Source: a virus (lineage: Duplodnaviria; Caudoviricetes). Taken from it: a stretch of DNA of 36,799 bases. A model generated the notes under the pieces. That model saw only the letters and a list, made by a program, of their open reading frames with translations. It was not told where the DNA came from and did not search any database. The translations under genes and the position numbers were made by a program. Of this stretch, positions 27,218-35,172 are shown piece after piece. The stretch's first letter is position 1. The number at the start of each line of letters is the position of its first letter. The stretch covers positions 1 through 36,799 of IMG/VR virus record IMGVR_UViG_3300020045_004753. One strand, written 5' to 3'.

Positions 27218-28411
27218 ATGCTCACAGAAGTTAAGTCGCCGTTTCAATATTTTACCGACACGGATGGGAATCCGCTTGAAGGCGGCTACATATACATAGG
27301 GCTTGAAAACCTTAACCCTATTACAAGTCCCAAGGCGTCATATTGGGACAGCGCGTTAACTATCCCTGCTGCAAACATTCGAACGACAATTGGATATCCG
27401 GCTTATGGCGGATCACCTGGACGGCTGTATGTTGATGGCGCCTACTCGATACTGGTAAAGAACAGCAACGAAGAGACGATATACCTATCATTGTCGATGG
27501 CGGAAGCGCTTGACGCAACGTCGTTGCTGGCTACGGCTGACCTTGCGTCTAAAAAAAACAGCGTGGAATACGGCCACTTTTTAGGCGAAGTGTTTCCGCT
27601 AATGGATGTTCGAGTCCCCACCGAATGGGACCCGCTAGATCCTGCCTCATATTTTCCAGATTTGTGTATAACCAACATAGATACCTATGTAGACATATCA
27701 ACGACAAATTGGCCGGCTGCCTCTATCACATATTTACGAAATCTTAAAGTTACATACAAGGACGGATTAACCGGAGCCCTTACAAGTTACGGCGTTACGA
27801 ACTGGGCAATTGCAGCAAACGTCGCAACACTTACTTTTACAAATAATGCTGATCATATAGCATTCTTGAATGCGCTTCTTGAAGATGAAGCTTCATACGG
27901 ATCATATTCCAATTGGCGAACAATCACGCTAGCGTCATCGATAGGAGACATTGCGGCTGGAACGTATGCACTAACAAACGTGAACTCATCAAGTCGTACA
28001 GTGTCATTTGCTTTTGTTGCTGGCAACAACTCAGGGGCCGTCACCGCTACTGCTGAGTTTTACGCAAACCGCATTCCCGGCAGCACAACGACCGCCCGCG
28101 TATTCAGCGCTCGGGGCCGCGCGATCCATGGCGCCGGGGATGATAACGGGTACATGATAAATGGGCTGGCGAGAAGGGGGTTTATGCAAGATCATGCCCA
28201 TAATCTTAGTTATTTTAATATCGGGGGTGCTAGTGGTGGAACTGGATTGTTTTTTTCTAACGCCGCCGACTCAACGATAGACACACCAAACAATCATATA
28301 GGTGGTCCTATTGCAAAAGGCACTAGCGGAACATCACGAGCTTCCAAAGACACAAATAGCCCGGCGTTTGTAACGCTTCTATACTTGCACTTAGGGAGCT
28401 ACACCGCATGA
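27218..28411 (+). CDS. Tailspike/tail fibre with P22-type head-binding N-terminal domain
   Basis: PFQYFTD.DGNPL.GGYIYIG..NLNP; QDHAH near C-terminus. Confidence 0.8.
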   Translation: MLTEVKSPFQYFTDTDGNPLEGGYIYIGLENLNPITSPKASYWDSALTIPAANIRTTIGYPAYGGSPGRLYVDGAYSILVKNSNEETIYLSLSMAEALDATSLLATADLASKKNSVEYGHFLGEVFPLMDVRVPTEWDPLDPASYFPDLCITNIDTYVDISTTNWPAASITYLRNLKVTYKDGLTGALTSYGVTNWAIAANVATLTFTNNADHIAFLNALLEDEASYGSYSNWRTITLASSIGDIAAGTYALTNVNSSSRTVSFAFVAGNNSGAVTATAEFYANRIPGSTTTARVFSARGRAIHGAGDDNGYMINGLARRGFMQDHAHNLSYFNIGGASGGTGLFFSNAADSTIDTPNNHIGGPIAKGTSGTSRASKDTNSPAFVTLLYLHLGSYTA

Positions 28412-28584
28412 AATACGTAACCATCGTCAACTCGCAAGGCTTCGAGCTTGAGCGCCATCCCCTCAGTGGAGACGACCGCTACAATGAGACGCTTGTCTAC
28501 GCAGCCAAAATTACCGCTGAAGTATGGAACCGAGACCACCCAAAAGACGGGTGGAAAGTTGTTGAAATTGATGACAAGACGTAA
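28408..28584 (+). CDS. 58-aa protein coupled to the tail fibre gene, not in ORF track
   Basis: ATGA overlap; MKYVTIVNSQG...AAKITAEVWNRDHPKDGWKVVEIDDKT*. Confidence 0.7.
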   Translation: MKYVTIVNSQGFELERHPLSGDDRYNETLVYAAKITAEVWNRDHPKDGWKVVEIDDKT

Positions 28585-28596
28585 ATATGATATACT
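28568..28596 (+). promoter_or_regulatory. Promoter of the lipoprotein gene
   Basis: TTGATG, 17-nt spacer, TG-A-TATACT. Confidence 0.65.
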
Positions 28597-28616
28597 GTAG
28601 CTAACAGGAGGCCACT

Positions 28617-29315
28617 ATGAAAAAGTGGTTTTTACTGATTTCGGTTTTTGCGTTTGTTTTTTTATCTTGCGACCTGTCAGGCGGAAATAATGACGACAAA
28701 GATGAAGCCGTTGGAACTACCGAAGAGGAAAGTGCCGACGACGGAACGAATACCACTACAGAAGCCGACGATCCAGAAGTAATCGACCAGCAGGATACGT
28801 CGTGGCAAGACGACCGAACTAAAGATATTGATTCTGCCGGGTATAAGTGGATCCGCAAGCCGGTCAAGAAAGACCTTATTCTCCGCAGTGTCGTATATAA
28901 TATTGCCGATGGTGACCCGATCGCTGCTTACTGTACTGAGCCAGGATGGGCGTACATTTTCTATAATGACCAGGCTGTTATAGGGTATGAACCGTTCCCT
29001 GATAGAATAGATATTTTGCAAGCAGCGGTGGCTATAACGGTCGAAGTGCACAACAGAGACAACCCTAGTGAACAGTGGGGATTTATCAACGTCCCAATGC
29101 CTGCGCCCCCTGCGCCTATAACATCTAATGACCCTGTACTAGGCAAGTGGCAATTTGCGCTTTGCATTGATACCGGGGCGATCGTGGACGGCCCGTATAC
29201 TGCTGAGTTTGATTGGGAATGGCAAATGTGGAAAGAAGGAATTGCTCGTCAAATGTGGGAGATGTATAACCGCGATCACGACCCGGACGCGCACATCGTA
29301 TGGGGTACTGAATAG
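28617..29315 (+). CDS. Lipoprotein (moron-like, possible superinfection exclusion)
   Basis: MKKWFLLISVFAFVFLS-C signal and lipobox, acidic tether, own promoter. Confidence 0.75.
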   Translation: MKKWFLLISVFAFVFLSCDLSGGNNDDKDEAVGTTEEESADDGTNTTTEADDPEVIDQQDTSWQDDRTKDIDSAGYKWIRKPVKKDLILRSVVYNIADGDPIAAYCTEPGWAYIFYNDQAVIGYEPFPDRIDILQAAVAITVEVHNRDNPSEQWGFINVPMPAPPAPITSNDPVLGKWQFALCIDTGAIVDGPYTAEFDWEWQMWKEGIARQMWEMYNRDHDPDAHIVWGTE

Positions 29316-29360
29316 CTTACACCCCTTGGGTGAGGGGTTATATCTTTATTGGAGTGTAAC

Positions 29361-29759
29361 ATGGTAAAGGTTTTTGATTTTGCTATGCAGATCCCGTATT
29401 TATGCGGGGCGGAAGATCCAGAGCGGTGGGCTCGTCTAAGCAAAATGGCGTATGATGATGAGATGGATCATGACCGGTCAGTATTCAAGCGAAAAGAAAC
29501 CGACTTCTTTCAGCCCGGCCGCCGCCTTCGCTCGGCCTTTGCCTTTACGGCGTTCCCTCATGACGCCGGTAAAGCCGCGCATTGCATGAACCTGTTGAAG
29601 ATATGGGAGATTTCCCACTACGAAAAGGAACATGGCGAATCCGGCCACGAAGCCGAAAAACAGGACCTCATACTTGACGCCATCGAAGCCGAAAAGAAGT
29701 ACCCGGACATTGCCGAGGTGCTGACCGTGGAACAGGCCGTAGCAAACTATGGTTGGTAA
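29361..29759 (+). CDS. Hypothetical protein
   Basis: GGAG RBS before ATG 29361. Confidence 0.65.
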   Translation: MVKVFDFAMQIPYLCGAEDPERWARLSKMAYDDEMDHDRSVFKRKETDFFQPGRRLRSAFAFTAFPHDAGKAAHCMNLLKIWEISHYEKEHGESGHEAEKQDLILDAIEAEKKYPDIAEVLTVEQAVANYGW

Positions 29760-30275
29760 ATGATACCAAGGAAGGCGACGTCAGTCATTTTCTTATGCTT
29801 CTCGATTGTCGTCGCCTTTTCTAACTATTTAAAAGGTAATTATCAATACTGTCTGTTTACAGTATTTTTCATTGCTTCTGTTCTATCATCTGGTAAAATC
29901 AGCCTATATTCCGAAATCATTGGGGTGGTTGCGACGGCCGTGTATATCATGGCTTTTCAGATCTTCCACGTTGGCTTGTTTGGAATGATTCTATCGGCTA
30001 TTTTGTTTTCTACTTTGGGCGTTACGTTGCGGACTGTTCGAATATACATATACTCGACCATCCCTATAGTTGCAATTTGCTCATACTTTCAGTACATGCG
30101 TTTTGAAAACATGCTCATACGATCGGCTCTTGATTCTGGTCTTTATGCCGTTTGCTCTCTTTGCGTCTACATAGCCCTACAAGATTACATTGCAAACAAT
30201 ATAGATAAAGCTCTTGGCATAGCTCAAGAGGCCATAGCCATCGCTAAAAAAGGGCTAAAAGATGGGGATAAGTGA
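29760..30275 (+). CDS. Multi-pass membrane protein
   Basis: Five to six hydrophobic segments. Confidence 0.7.
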   Translation: MIPRKATSVIFLCFSIVVAFSNYLKGNYQYCLFTVFFIASVLSSGKISLYSEIIGVVATAVYIMAFQIFHVGLFGMILSAILFSTLGVTLRTVRIYIYSTIPIVAICSYFQYMRFENMLIRSALDSGLYAVCSLCVYIALQDYIANNIDKALGIAQEAIAIAKKGLKDGDK

Positions 30276-30522
30276 TGTTGAAAGAATCGCGGGGCTTGAG
30301 AAAGATATGGAAAACATGAAAAAATCTTTTGAAGGTCATATGCGTTTTCATGAAAGAAACAACACAAACGTCCAGGCGTGGGCCATGATTGTCATGACGG
30401 GGATAAACATTCTTGTTGTCATATGGAGCGTTTCGGCTACATCCAGGGGATCTGATCAGCACTCGCAGCCAATCGGTATCGAGCGCCAGTATCAAGGAAC
30501 TGATAAAGGAACTGATAAATGA
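30262..30522 (+). CDS. Single-TM protein, holin/antiholin candidate
   Basis: Short coiled coil then TM; precedes endolysin. Confidence 0.55.
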   Translation: MGISDVERIAGLEKDMENMKKSFEGHMRFHERNNTNVQAWAMIVMTGINILVVIWSVSATSRGSDQHSQPIGIERQYQGTDKGTDK

Positions 30523-30980
30523 AGTACACAGTAAGATTCGCGCACTTGGATAAGGCGCCATCGTGGAAAGCTGGCGATACTATAAAGTCGGGCGACGTCA
30601 TCGGTAAAATGGGGACAAGTGGACAAAGCACAGCCGCTCATCTTCACACTGATTGTGTCCACGGCTTCCAGGATGCACGGTACACTTTGCGAGACATCGA
30701 AGGCGGCGCCCCGGAACCCGCCCCTCGTCAGATGAATCTATTCATAGACAAAGACCTTTTCAAAGAAACCATTGTTATCACGACTTATTACGCCGATCCC
30801 GTGTACCAGTCCGTTCTAGGAAAGGTCCATTTAGGCTATGACGTTGTACCGGTCAACCGAAAGGAACCGAGAGCGCCGCTGCTAATTTACTGGAATCGTT
30901 CGGTCCCCGGAAAAGTTTTAAAAGTTGACGATGACCCGAAAGGATACGGTAATTGTCTTTATGTAGGATTTGAAGCATAG
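30519..30980 (+). CDS. M23-family peptidase endolysin, circularly permuted
   Basis: FAHL, IGKMGTSGQSTAAHLH, then HLGYD and GYGN. Confidence 0.85.
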   Translation: MKYTVRFAHLDKAPSWKAGDTIKSGDVIGKMGTSGQSTAAHLHTDCVHGFQDARYTLRDIEGGAPEPAPRQMNLFIDKDLFKETIVITTYYADPVYQSVLGKVHLGYDVVPVNRKEPRAPLLIYWNRSVPGKVLKVDDDPKGYGNCLYVGFEA

Positions 30981-30992
30981 GGGGGGGGTAAA

Positions 30993-31223
30993 ATGAAAGA
31001 GGCGTTTTCCGTATTGATTGGTAAAATGTCATTCATTGAATGGATTATCGCGTTCGGCGCGGTTATTCTTGGAGTAGTCGTGCTTCTTATGGCTATCGCT
31101 TACGTGTTTGACAAGCTCGATGTAAAATCGTTTTCGTTTACCAAAGGGTTTACTTTTTACCAGGAAGGCGACGTGAAGCGCGCTCGTGTGGCTAGAAAAA
31201 CGAAACGCACGGCAAGGAAATAA
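30993..31223 (+). CDS. Holin candidate
   Basis: One long TM, basic C-terminal tail, in lysis cassette. Confidence 0.55.
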   Translation: MKEAFSVLIGKMSFIEWIIAFGAVILGVVVLLMAIAYVFDKLDVKSFSFTKGFTFYQEGDVKRARVARKTKRTARK

Positions 31224-31232
31224 GGGGAGCGA

Positions 31233-31775
31233 ATGTGTCGAAAAAATGGCTTTACCTTGCTATCGCTCTGCTTTCTTTTTGGTCTATCGCTTCCGTGTTC
31301 ATTATCTTCCGAGGAAGCGTCGAATCCGAACGACTCGGCGAACTCGTCGGAAAGTATCGAGCAGACAGCGACGAACTTGCGAGAATCAGCAACGAGCTTG
31401 CGGGAGCGGTTGGAGTCGCGCAAAATTCAGGTAGAAGCGCAAGTGATCTACTGGCAGAATATCGCCGCATCATTGACGATCGAGAAAGAGAACGACGCGA
31501 AAGCCTCGAAAGAATTATCGGACAAGCTAGCGCAGGCGGAATCGGAGCTCTCGAAATTGCGGACGGAATTGACGGAGATATCGCGATTGCAGTTAGAATC
31601 GAAGGGCAAGCAAAACGAGTTGAAACTTGGATTCGAGAACTACAAAACGGAATCAGAAAAGAAAATAGCGCGCCTTGAAAAACGGGCGCGCTTCTGGTCG
31701 TTCATCGGTAAGTTTGTTTTACTCGTCGCGGCCGGTGAAGGCGCGTACATAGCGGCTTCTCACTTTTTACCATAA
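31233..31775 (+). CDS. Second spanin-like coiled-coil protein in an overlapping frame
   Basis: Signal-like N-terminus, long heptad coil, C-terminal hydrophobic segment. Confidence 0.6.
   Translation: MCRKNGFTLLSLCFLFGLSLPCSLSSEEASNPNDSANSSESIEQTATNLRESATSLRERLESRKIQVEAQVIYWQNIAASLTIEKENDAKASKELSDKLAQAESELSKLRTELTEISRLQLESKGKQNELKLGFENYKTESEKKIARLEKRARFWSFIGKFVLLVAAGEGAYIAASHFLP
31235..31678 (+). CDS. Inner-membrane spanin-like protein
   Basis: N-terminal TM followed by helical/coiled-coil region; GTG start. Confidence 0.55.
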   Translation: MSKKWLYLAIALLSFWSIASVFIIFRGSVESERLGELVGKYRADSDELARISNELAGAVGVAQNSGRSASDLLAEYRRIIDDRERERRESLERIIGQASAGGIGALEIADGIDGDIAIAVRIEGQAKRVETWIRELQNGIRKENSAP

Positions 31776-31869
31776 TGCACTCGCAATGATGACATATCGC
31801 TACCCCAGGGCCTAGCGCCTTCTCTTTGCCGCGCGGGATAGCGTGGCCGCAGACGGAACAGCGGTTCAT
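31702..31869 (-). CDS. 55-aa ClpX-type C4 zinc-finger-like protein, not in ORF track
   Basis: MNRCSVCGHAIPRGKEKALGPGVAICHHCEC...; ATGA overlap with the SpoU gene. Confidence 0.55.
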   Translation of the reverse strand: MNRCSVCGHAIPRGKEKALGPGVAICHHCECIMVKSEKPLCTRLHRPRRVKQTYR

Positions 31870-32309
31870 GCTTGCTTCCTGTATCGGTCATACAAAACGA
31901 TTGACCCGGCGACAGATACATTCATCGATCTTTTCCCGTGCAGCTTTATTATGTCTTGGCAATTGTCTATGCACTCTCGGGATAGCCCGTTGTCTTCGGC
32001 TCCTAGCAAATAGACGGCCCTTTTCGGGTGCTTATATTCACTCACTTCAATTGCGTTGTCGGTAAGTTCTATTCCTACAAGCTTGCAATAGAATGGGCGA
32101 TGCGTGTTGAAGTCCTGAAAATCCGTGTATGAAAAAACCGGCATGTGACGATATGAACACATCGTGTCGGCCGAATGTATCTTGAACCGTGCGCCGATCA
32201 AAAACAAAAAATCAGCATCGAGTATCTGCGCGGTTCTGAACAACGTCCAATAGTTGTGCTCTGTTTTCGGCATGAACACGCCTATTCCATAATACCCGCT
32301 TTCACGCAT
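31866..32309 (-). CDS. SpoU/TrmH-family (SPOUT) RNA 2'-O-methyltransferase
   Basis: N..TLFRTA, LLGAEDNGLS, SMNVSVAGSIVLY. Confidence 0.9.
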   Translation of the reverse strand: MRESGYYGIGVFMPKTEHNYWTLFRTAQILDADFLFLIGARFKIHSADTMCSYRHMPVFSYTDFQDFNTHRPFYCKLVGIELTDNAIEVSEYKHPKRAVYLLGAEDNGLSRECIDNCQDIIKLHGKRSMNVSVAGSIVLYDRYRKQA

Positions 32310-32462
32310 ATCAATCCCCGTCCTCTTCCGCTACCGCAAGGGCCTCGTCTATCTCGTCGCTCATCCTCTCTCATCGTGAGCGGTTCTCCACCTCGGCGAC
32401 CACGTTGGCGGCGTACTGAGGGGAGAGGTCTAGCTGGTCGGCTACATGTTGGATGGTGGCGG

Positions 32463-33008
32463 TCATTGAAAAGCCTGTCCTGTTTTGCAATCAATCGCGT
32501 GAGCGTTCGGGTATTTTGATCCGCACTCCGGGCAATCGTCATACCGCGTCTTCGGCTTTTCGGTTACCGGAGGATTCCATCGAGCCTTGCATAAACTGCA
32601 TACCCCGTAATGTTGGCTTCCAGGCGGTCCCGCAAGCTCGACCGTCGTTTCTTTATGGCAATTCTGGCATATCAGCGCGCCCGGTTTCCTCCACACAAGC
32701 GCGAGCGCTTCGGCTTCGGTGAGGGGTTCGATATGACAAAAATGCTCAAATGCGAGTCCGTAAACTAAATAAGGAGTTAATGAGCATGAACTATCAATTG
32801 CTCTGAATATCCCTATTTGTTTTTCGTCGCCTTCGTTATCCCACGCCCGCACAAGATTTCCTATCAAGTCCTCCGGCTTCCATGCGGGGGCCTCGGGCTT
32901 GCACGCGTTGAGTTCTCTGACAAGAGTCGCGCACACACGCCCAATCATATCCGACATATTTTTTTGCGCCGCTTCAATGTCGGCCTGCAATTTCTCAATA
33001 TCGATCAT
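32463..33008 (-). CDS. Hypothetical protein with CxxC pairs
   Basis: GGAGG RBS. Confidence 0.65.
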   Translation of the reverse strand: MIDIEKLQADIEAAQKNMSDMIGRVCATLVRELNACKPEAPAWKPEDLIGNLVRAWDNEGDEKQIGIFRAIDSSCSLTPYLVYGLAFEHFCHIEPLTEAEALALVWRKPGALICQNCHKETTVELAGPPGSQHYGVCSLCKARWNPPVTEKPKTRYDDCPECGSKYPNAHAIDCKTGQAFQ

Positions 33009-33075
33009 AAATCCTCCATAAGATCGTGGATAGTCTCATCGTCCAGGCCGCCCGTGAGCGGCTAGGATGAGGGGT

Positions 33076-33378
33076 CTACTCGCAAAGGCTTTTCAGAATA
33101 AGTCCGCAGACCTTTTCCTTGTGTTCGTGCTTTGGCTCAAAAGAACCCATGACAGCCTTCAGCATACGAAGACCTTTTGATCGGTATTCTTCCGGCAGTG
33201 TTTTGTTGACTGGTACTTCGCCTCCATGAAAAAACAAAGACTCCATCATAGAGTTGTATTTTGCGTCTTCCGGTTGTTCTTCAATTTTCATGACCGAATC
33301 AAACCATTCGCGCGGATATCCTCCGAACGCCATTGAAACCTTGTCAACCTCGGGAAAGTCTAAACGCCACTCTTCCAT
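33076..33378 (-). CDS. Hypothetical phage protein
   Basis: GGAGG RBS before MEEWRL; SFEPKHEHK motif. Confidence 0.65.
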   Translation of the reverse strand: MEEWRLDFPEVDKVSMAFGGYPREWFDSVMKIEEQPEDAKYNSMMESLFFHGGEVPVNKTLPEEYRSKGLRMLKAVMGSFEPKHEHKEKVCGLILKSLCE

Positions 33379-33454
33379 TCCATCCTCCATTCCCATCCTC
33401 GTTACCGTCGCCATACGGCGGGGCATGAGCGCCCCAAAGGGCGCCGGGGTGCGA

Positions 33455-33658
33455 TTAGTTGATACCGTATTTCTCGTCTATTCTAGCGAAAGCATCTTCA
33501 TCGAGTTCGGCGACGTAGAATTCCCCGTATTGCATGGTAGAAAGATCGCGCTCAAACTCGCGAGCGGAGATTTCCATAGCACCTTCCGAAACCGCATCTT
33601 CGATCGAGGAAACCTCTATGCACCCGTTCACCGTGTCGGCCATTACTATCTTCTTCAT
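33455..33658 (-). CDS. Acidic hypothetical protein, first gene of the leftward operon
   Basis: AGGAGG RBS; promoter upstream. Confidence 0.7.
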   Translation of the reverse strand: MKKIVMADTVNGCIEVSSIEDAVSEGAMEISAREFERDLSTMQYGEFYVAELDEDAFARIDEKYGIN

Positions 33659-33688
33659 GACGTCCTCCTGCTCTCAATCTCTACATAC

Positions 33689-33717
33689 ATTCTAAACCCG
33701 CGTTTGGGATATTGCAA
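33689..33717 (-). promoter_or_regulatory. Leftward sigma70-type promoter
   Basis: TTGCAA, 17-nt spacer, TAGAAT on the minus strand. Confidence 0.7.
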
Positions 33718-33762
33718 GCGTTTTTTCGCTTAATAGTAGATTATTTTGTGTGTTTTTTTCGC

Positions 33763-33792
33763 TTGACAAGATTGAGGGTTATCCCTTATGAT
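33763..33792 (+). promoter_or_regulatory. Rightward sigma70-type promoter
   Basis: TTGACA, 18-nt spacer containing AGGG-TTAT-CCCT, TATGAT. Confidence 0.7.
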
Positions 33793-33874
33793 TACTTCAG
33801 ATCAACGAAAAGGAGGCGCTTATGGGGCGTTGCCTCGGGCTGGTAGCACGAGAAAAAGCCCTATACAAACAAGT

Positions 33875-34051
33875 ATGAGGACGCTTAAAAAGATACCGTT
33901 ACAAGCTAAACGCGAGGTTAAATACGTTTTCCCGCGTTTTGTGGTCGATCGGCTCATGGCTGAGGGGGTCGTTGAAATCGAAGTCAGTATCGACGACGTG
34001 ACATCCGAAATCAAAATAGAGCCGGTCCGGGAGGCCCCATGCGCGACCTGA
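33875..34051 (+). CDS. AbrB/MazE-like small regulator
   Basis: KYVFPRFVVDRL..EG..EIEVSIDD...EIKIEP pattern. Confidence 0.5.
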   Translation: MRTLKKIPLQAKREVKYVFPRFVVDRLMAEGVVEIEVSIDDVTSEIKIEPVREAPCAT

Positions 34052-34203
34052 TAATCAACATCGCGATACTGGCAATCATGGCGGTGTTCTGCGCCGGTTC
34101 GGTGCAGATTAACGTGATAGATCGGTGGAAATCTCGCATGGTTTCAGGTCTAAAAAGACGCGATTCCGTGCAATTCCATATTCACAAGGAGGCGGCTAAT
34201 TGA
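34039..34203 (+). CDS. 54-aa membrane peptide, not in ORF track
   Basis: GGGAGG RBS; MRDLIINIAILAIMAVFCAG... Confidence 0.55.
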   Translation: MRDLIINIAILAIMAVFCAGSVQINVIDRWKSRMVSGLKRRDSVQFHIHKEAAN

Positions 34204-34514
34204 ACGTGAACAAGAACGGCGTAAGGGCCAGGATCGGTCTTTATCTCGCCTTGGCGTCGATGCTCGGCCAAAAACACGCCGATGCGTTTTTCAAGACGCG
34301 AAAAAAAGAAAACCATCCAAGGTGCGGCAACACTCGGCGCCAGACTCACGACTCGCCAGCTGGGTTCAAGCTCATCAAGAAGATGCACCGACAGCCCGCG
34401 AAGATCGGCAAGGTTCCGATTTCTTCCGACCGAAAGCGTAGGCGATGGATAAGGACCGGATACTCCGGGACTCTCGCCGAGCTTATGCCGGTTCCGCGCA
34501 AGGCTTCCAAGTGA
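34200..34514 (+). CDS. Basic hypothetical protein
   Basis: AAGGAGG RBS. Confidence 0.6.
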   Translation: MNVNKNGVRARIGLYLALASMLGQKHADAFFKTRKKENHPRCGNTRRQTHDSPAGFKLIKKMHRQPAKIGKVPISSDRKRRRWIRTGYSGTLAELMPVPRKASK

Positions 34515-34726
34515 TCCTTCTCCTCGCGGCCCTCGTCAACTTCGCCTTCCCGGTCGTACCGGTTTTCGGAACGCCAAGAGAGGCCACCATACCGCAGCCT
34601 GTGTGCATCGCGGTCACCATCGACGAGAGACGCATCAACAGGACGCGCTACGGCGCGAAAGCCAAGGCGCGTGTTTTGAGGGAGCGAAGCCACGGCGTTG
34701 TGGCCGTCGGTTGGGCTTCGCTGTAG
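34511..34726 (+). CDS. Hypothetical protein with hydrophobic N-terminus
   Basis: GTGA overlap; 3' half overlaps hairpins. Confidence 0.35.
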   Translation: MILLLAALVNFAFPVVPVFGTPREATIPQPVCIAVTIDERRINRTRYGAKAKARVLRERSHGVVAVGWASL

Positions 34727-34735
34727 TAAAACCAT

Positions 34736-35013
34736 CATCGAGAATACCCGGCGTCGGGATGAGACGCGTCGAAGCGTTACGCCGAACGGAGCGGCGAGTC
34801 AATACATTGAAGTAAAAACGGTTCGGGCCGGGACCGGGAGGCCTATTACTGTAAGCGTACCGTGACGCTGAATACTGACGAACACAGAATATCACGGCGA
34901 AGTCTACCGGGAGACGACAAGGCGGCAAGCGAAAATGATTTTACGCGCTACCGCCTGAAGCCCGGATTCACTCGATGAAATGCAAGTCCCCGCGTCGTGA
35001 AAAGAGGCGCGGG
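34736..35013 (+). ncRNA. Candidate structured RNA upstream of the tRNA cluster
   Basis: CATCGAG/CTCGATG closing stem enclosing several hairpins; no convincing ORF. Confidence 0.45.
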
Positions 35014-35019
35014 TGTTTA

Positions 35020-35091
35020 GGGGGCGTAGTCCAGCCGGTAGAACAGCGGACTGAAAATCCGTACGCGATGGTTCAACTCCATCCGCTCCCA
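35020..35091 (+). tRNA. tRNA-Phe(GAA)
   Basis: GGGGGCG/CGCTCCC, GCGGA-CTGAAAA-TCCGT, GATGG-TTCAACT-CCATC; no encoded CCA. Confidence 0.88.
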
Positions 35092-35092
35092 T

Positions 35093-35164
35093 GTGGCAGT
35101 AGTTCAGTGGTAGAACGTCAGGATGTGGACCTGAATGTCACGAGTTCAAATCTCGTCTGTCACC
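35093..35164 (+). tRNA. tRNA-His(GTG)
   Basis: GTGGCAG/CTGTCAC, TCAGG-ATGTGGA-CCTGA, ACGAG-TTCAAAT-CTCGT, C73. Confidence 0.9.
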
Positions 35165-35172
35165 AGTTTAGA

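Noticed and set aside
27218-28411. Diversity-generating retroelement target
   Set aside because: No reverse transcriptase and no template/variable repeat pair were seen
288-30631. Numerous minus-strand and off-frame ORFs in the track
   Set aside because: They are shadows of well-supported plus-strand genes and show no recognisable motifs
33380-33452. ncRNA in the leftward operon gap
   Set aside because: Only two short GC hairpins; too little to call
34875-34935. Hammerhead ribozyme (CTGACGA ... GAAA)
   Set aside because: No stem II or stem III with correct geometry
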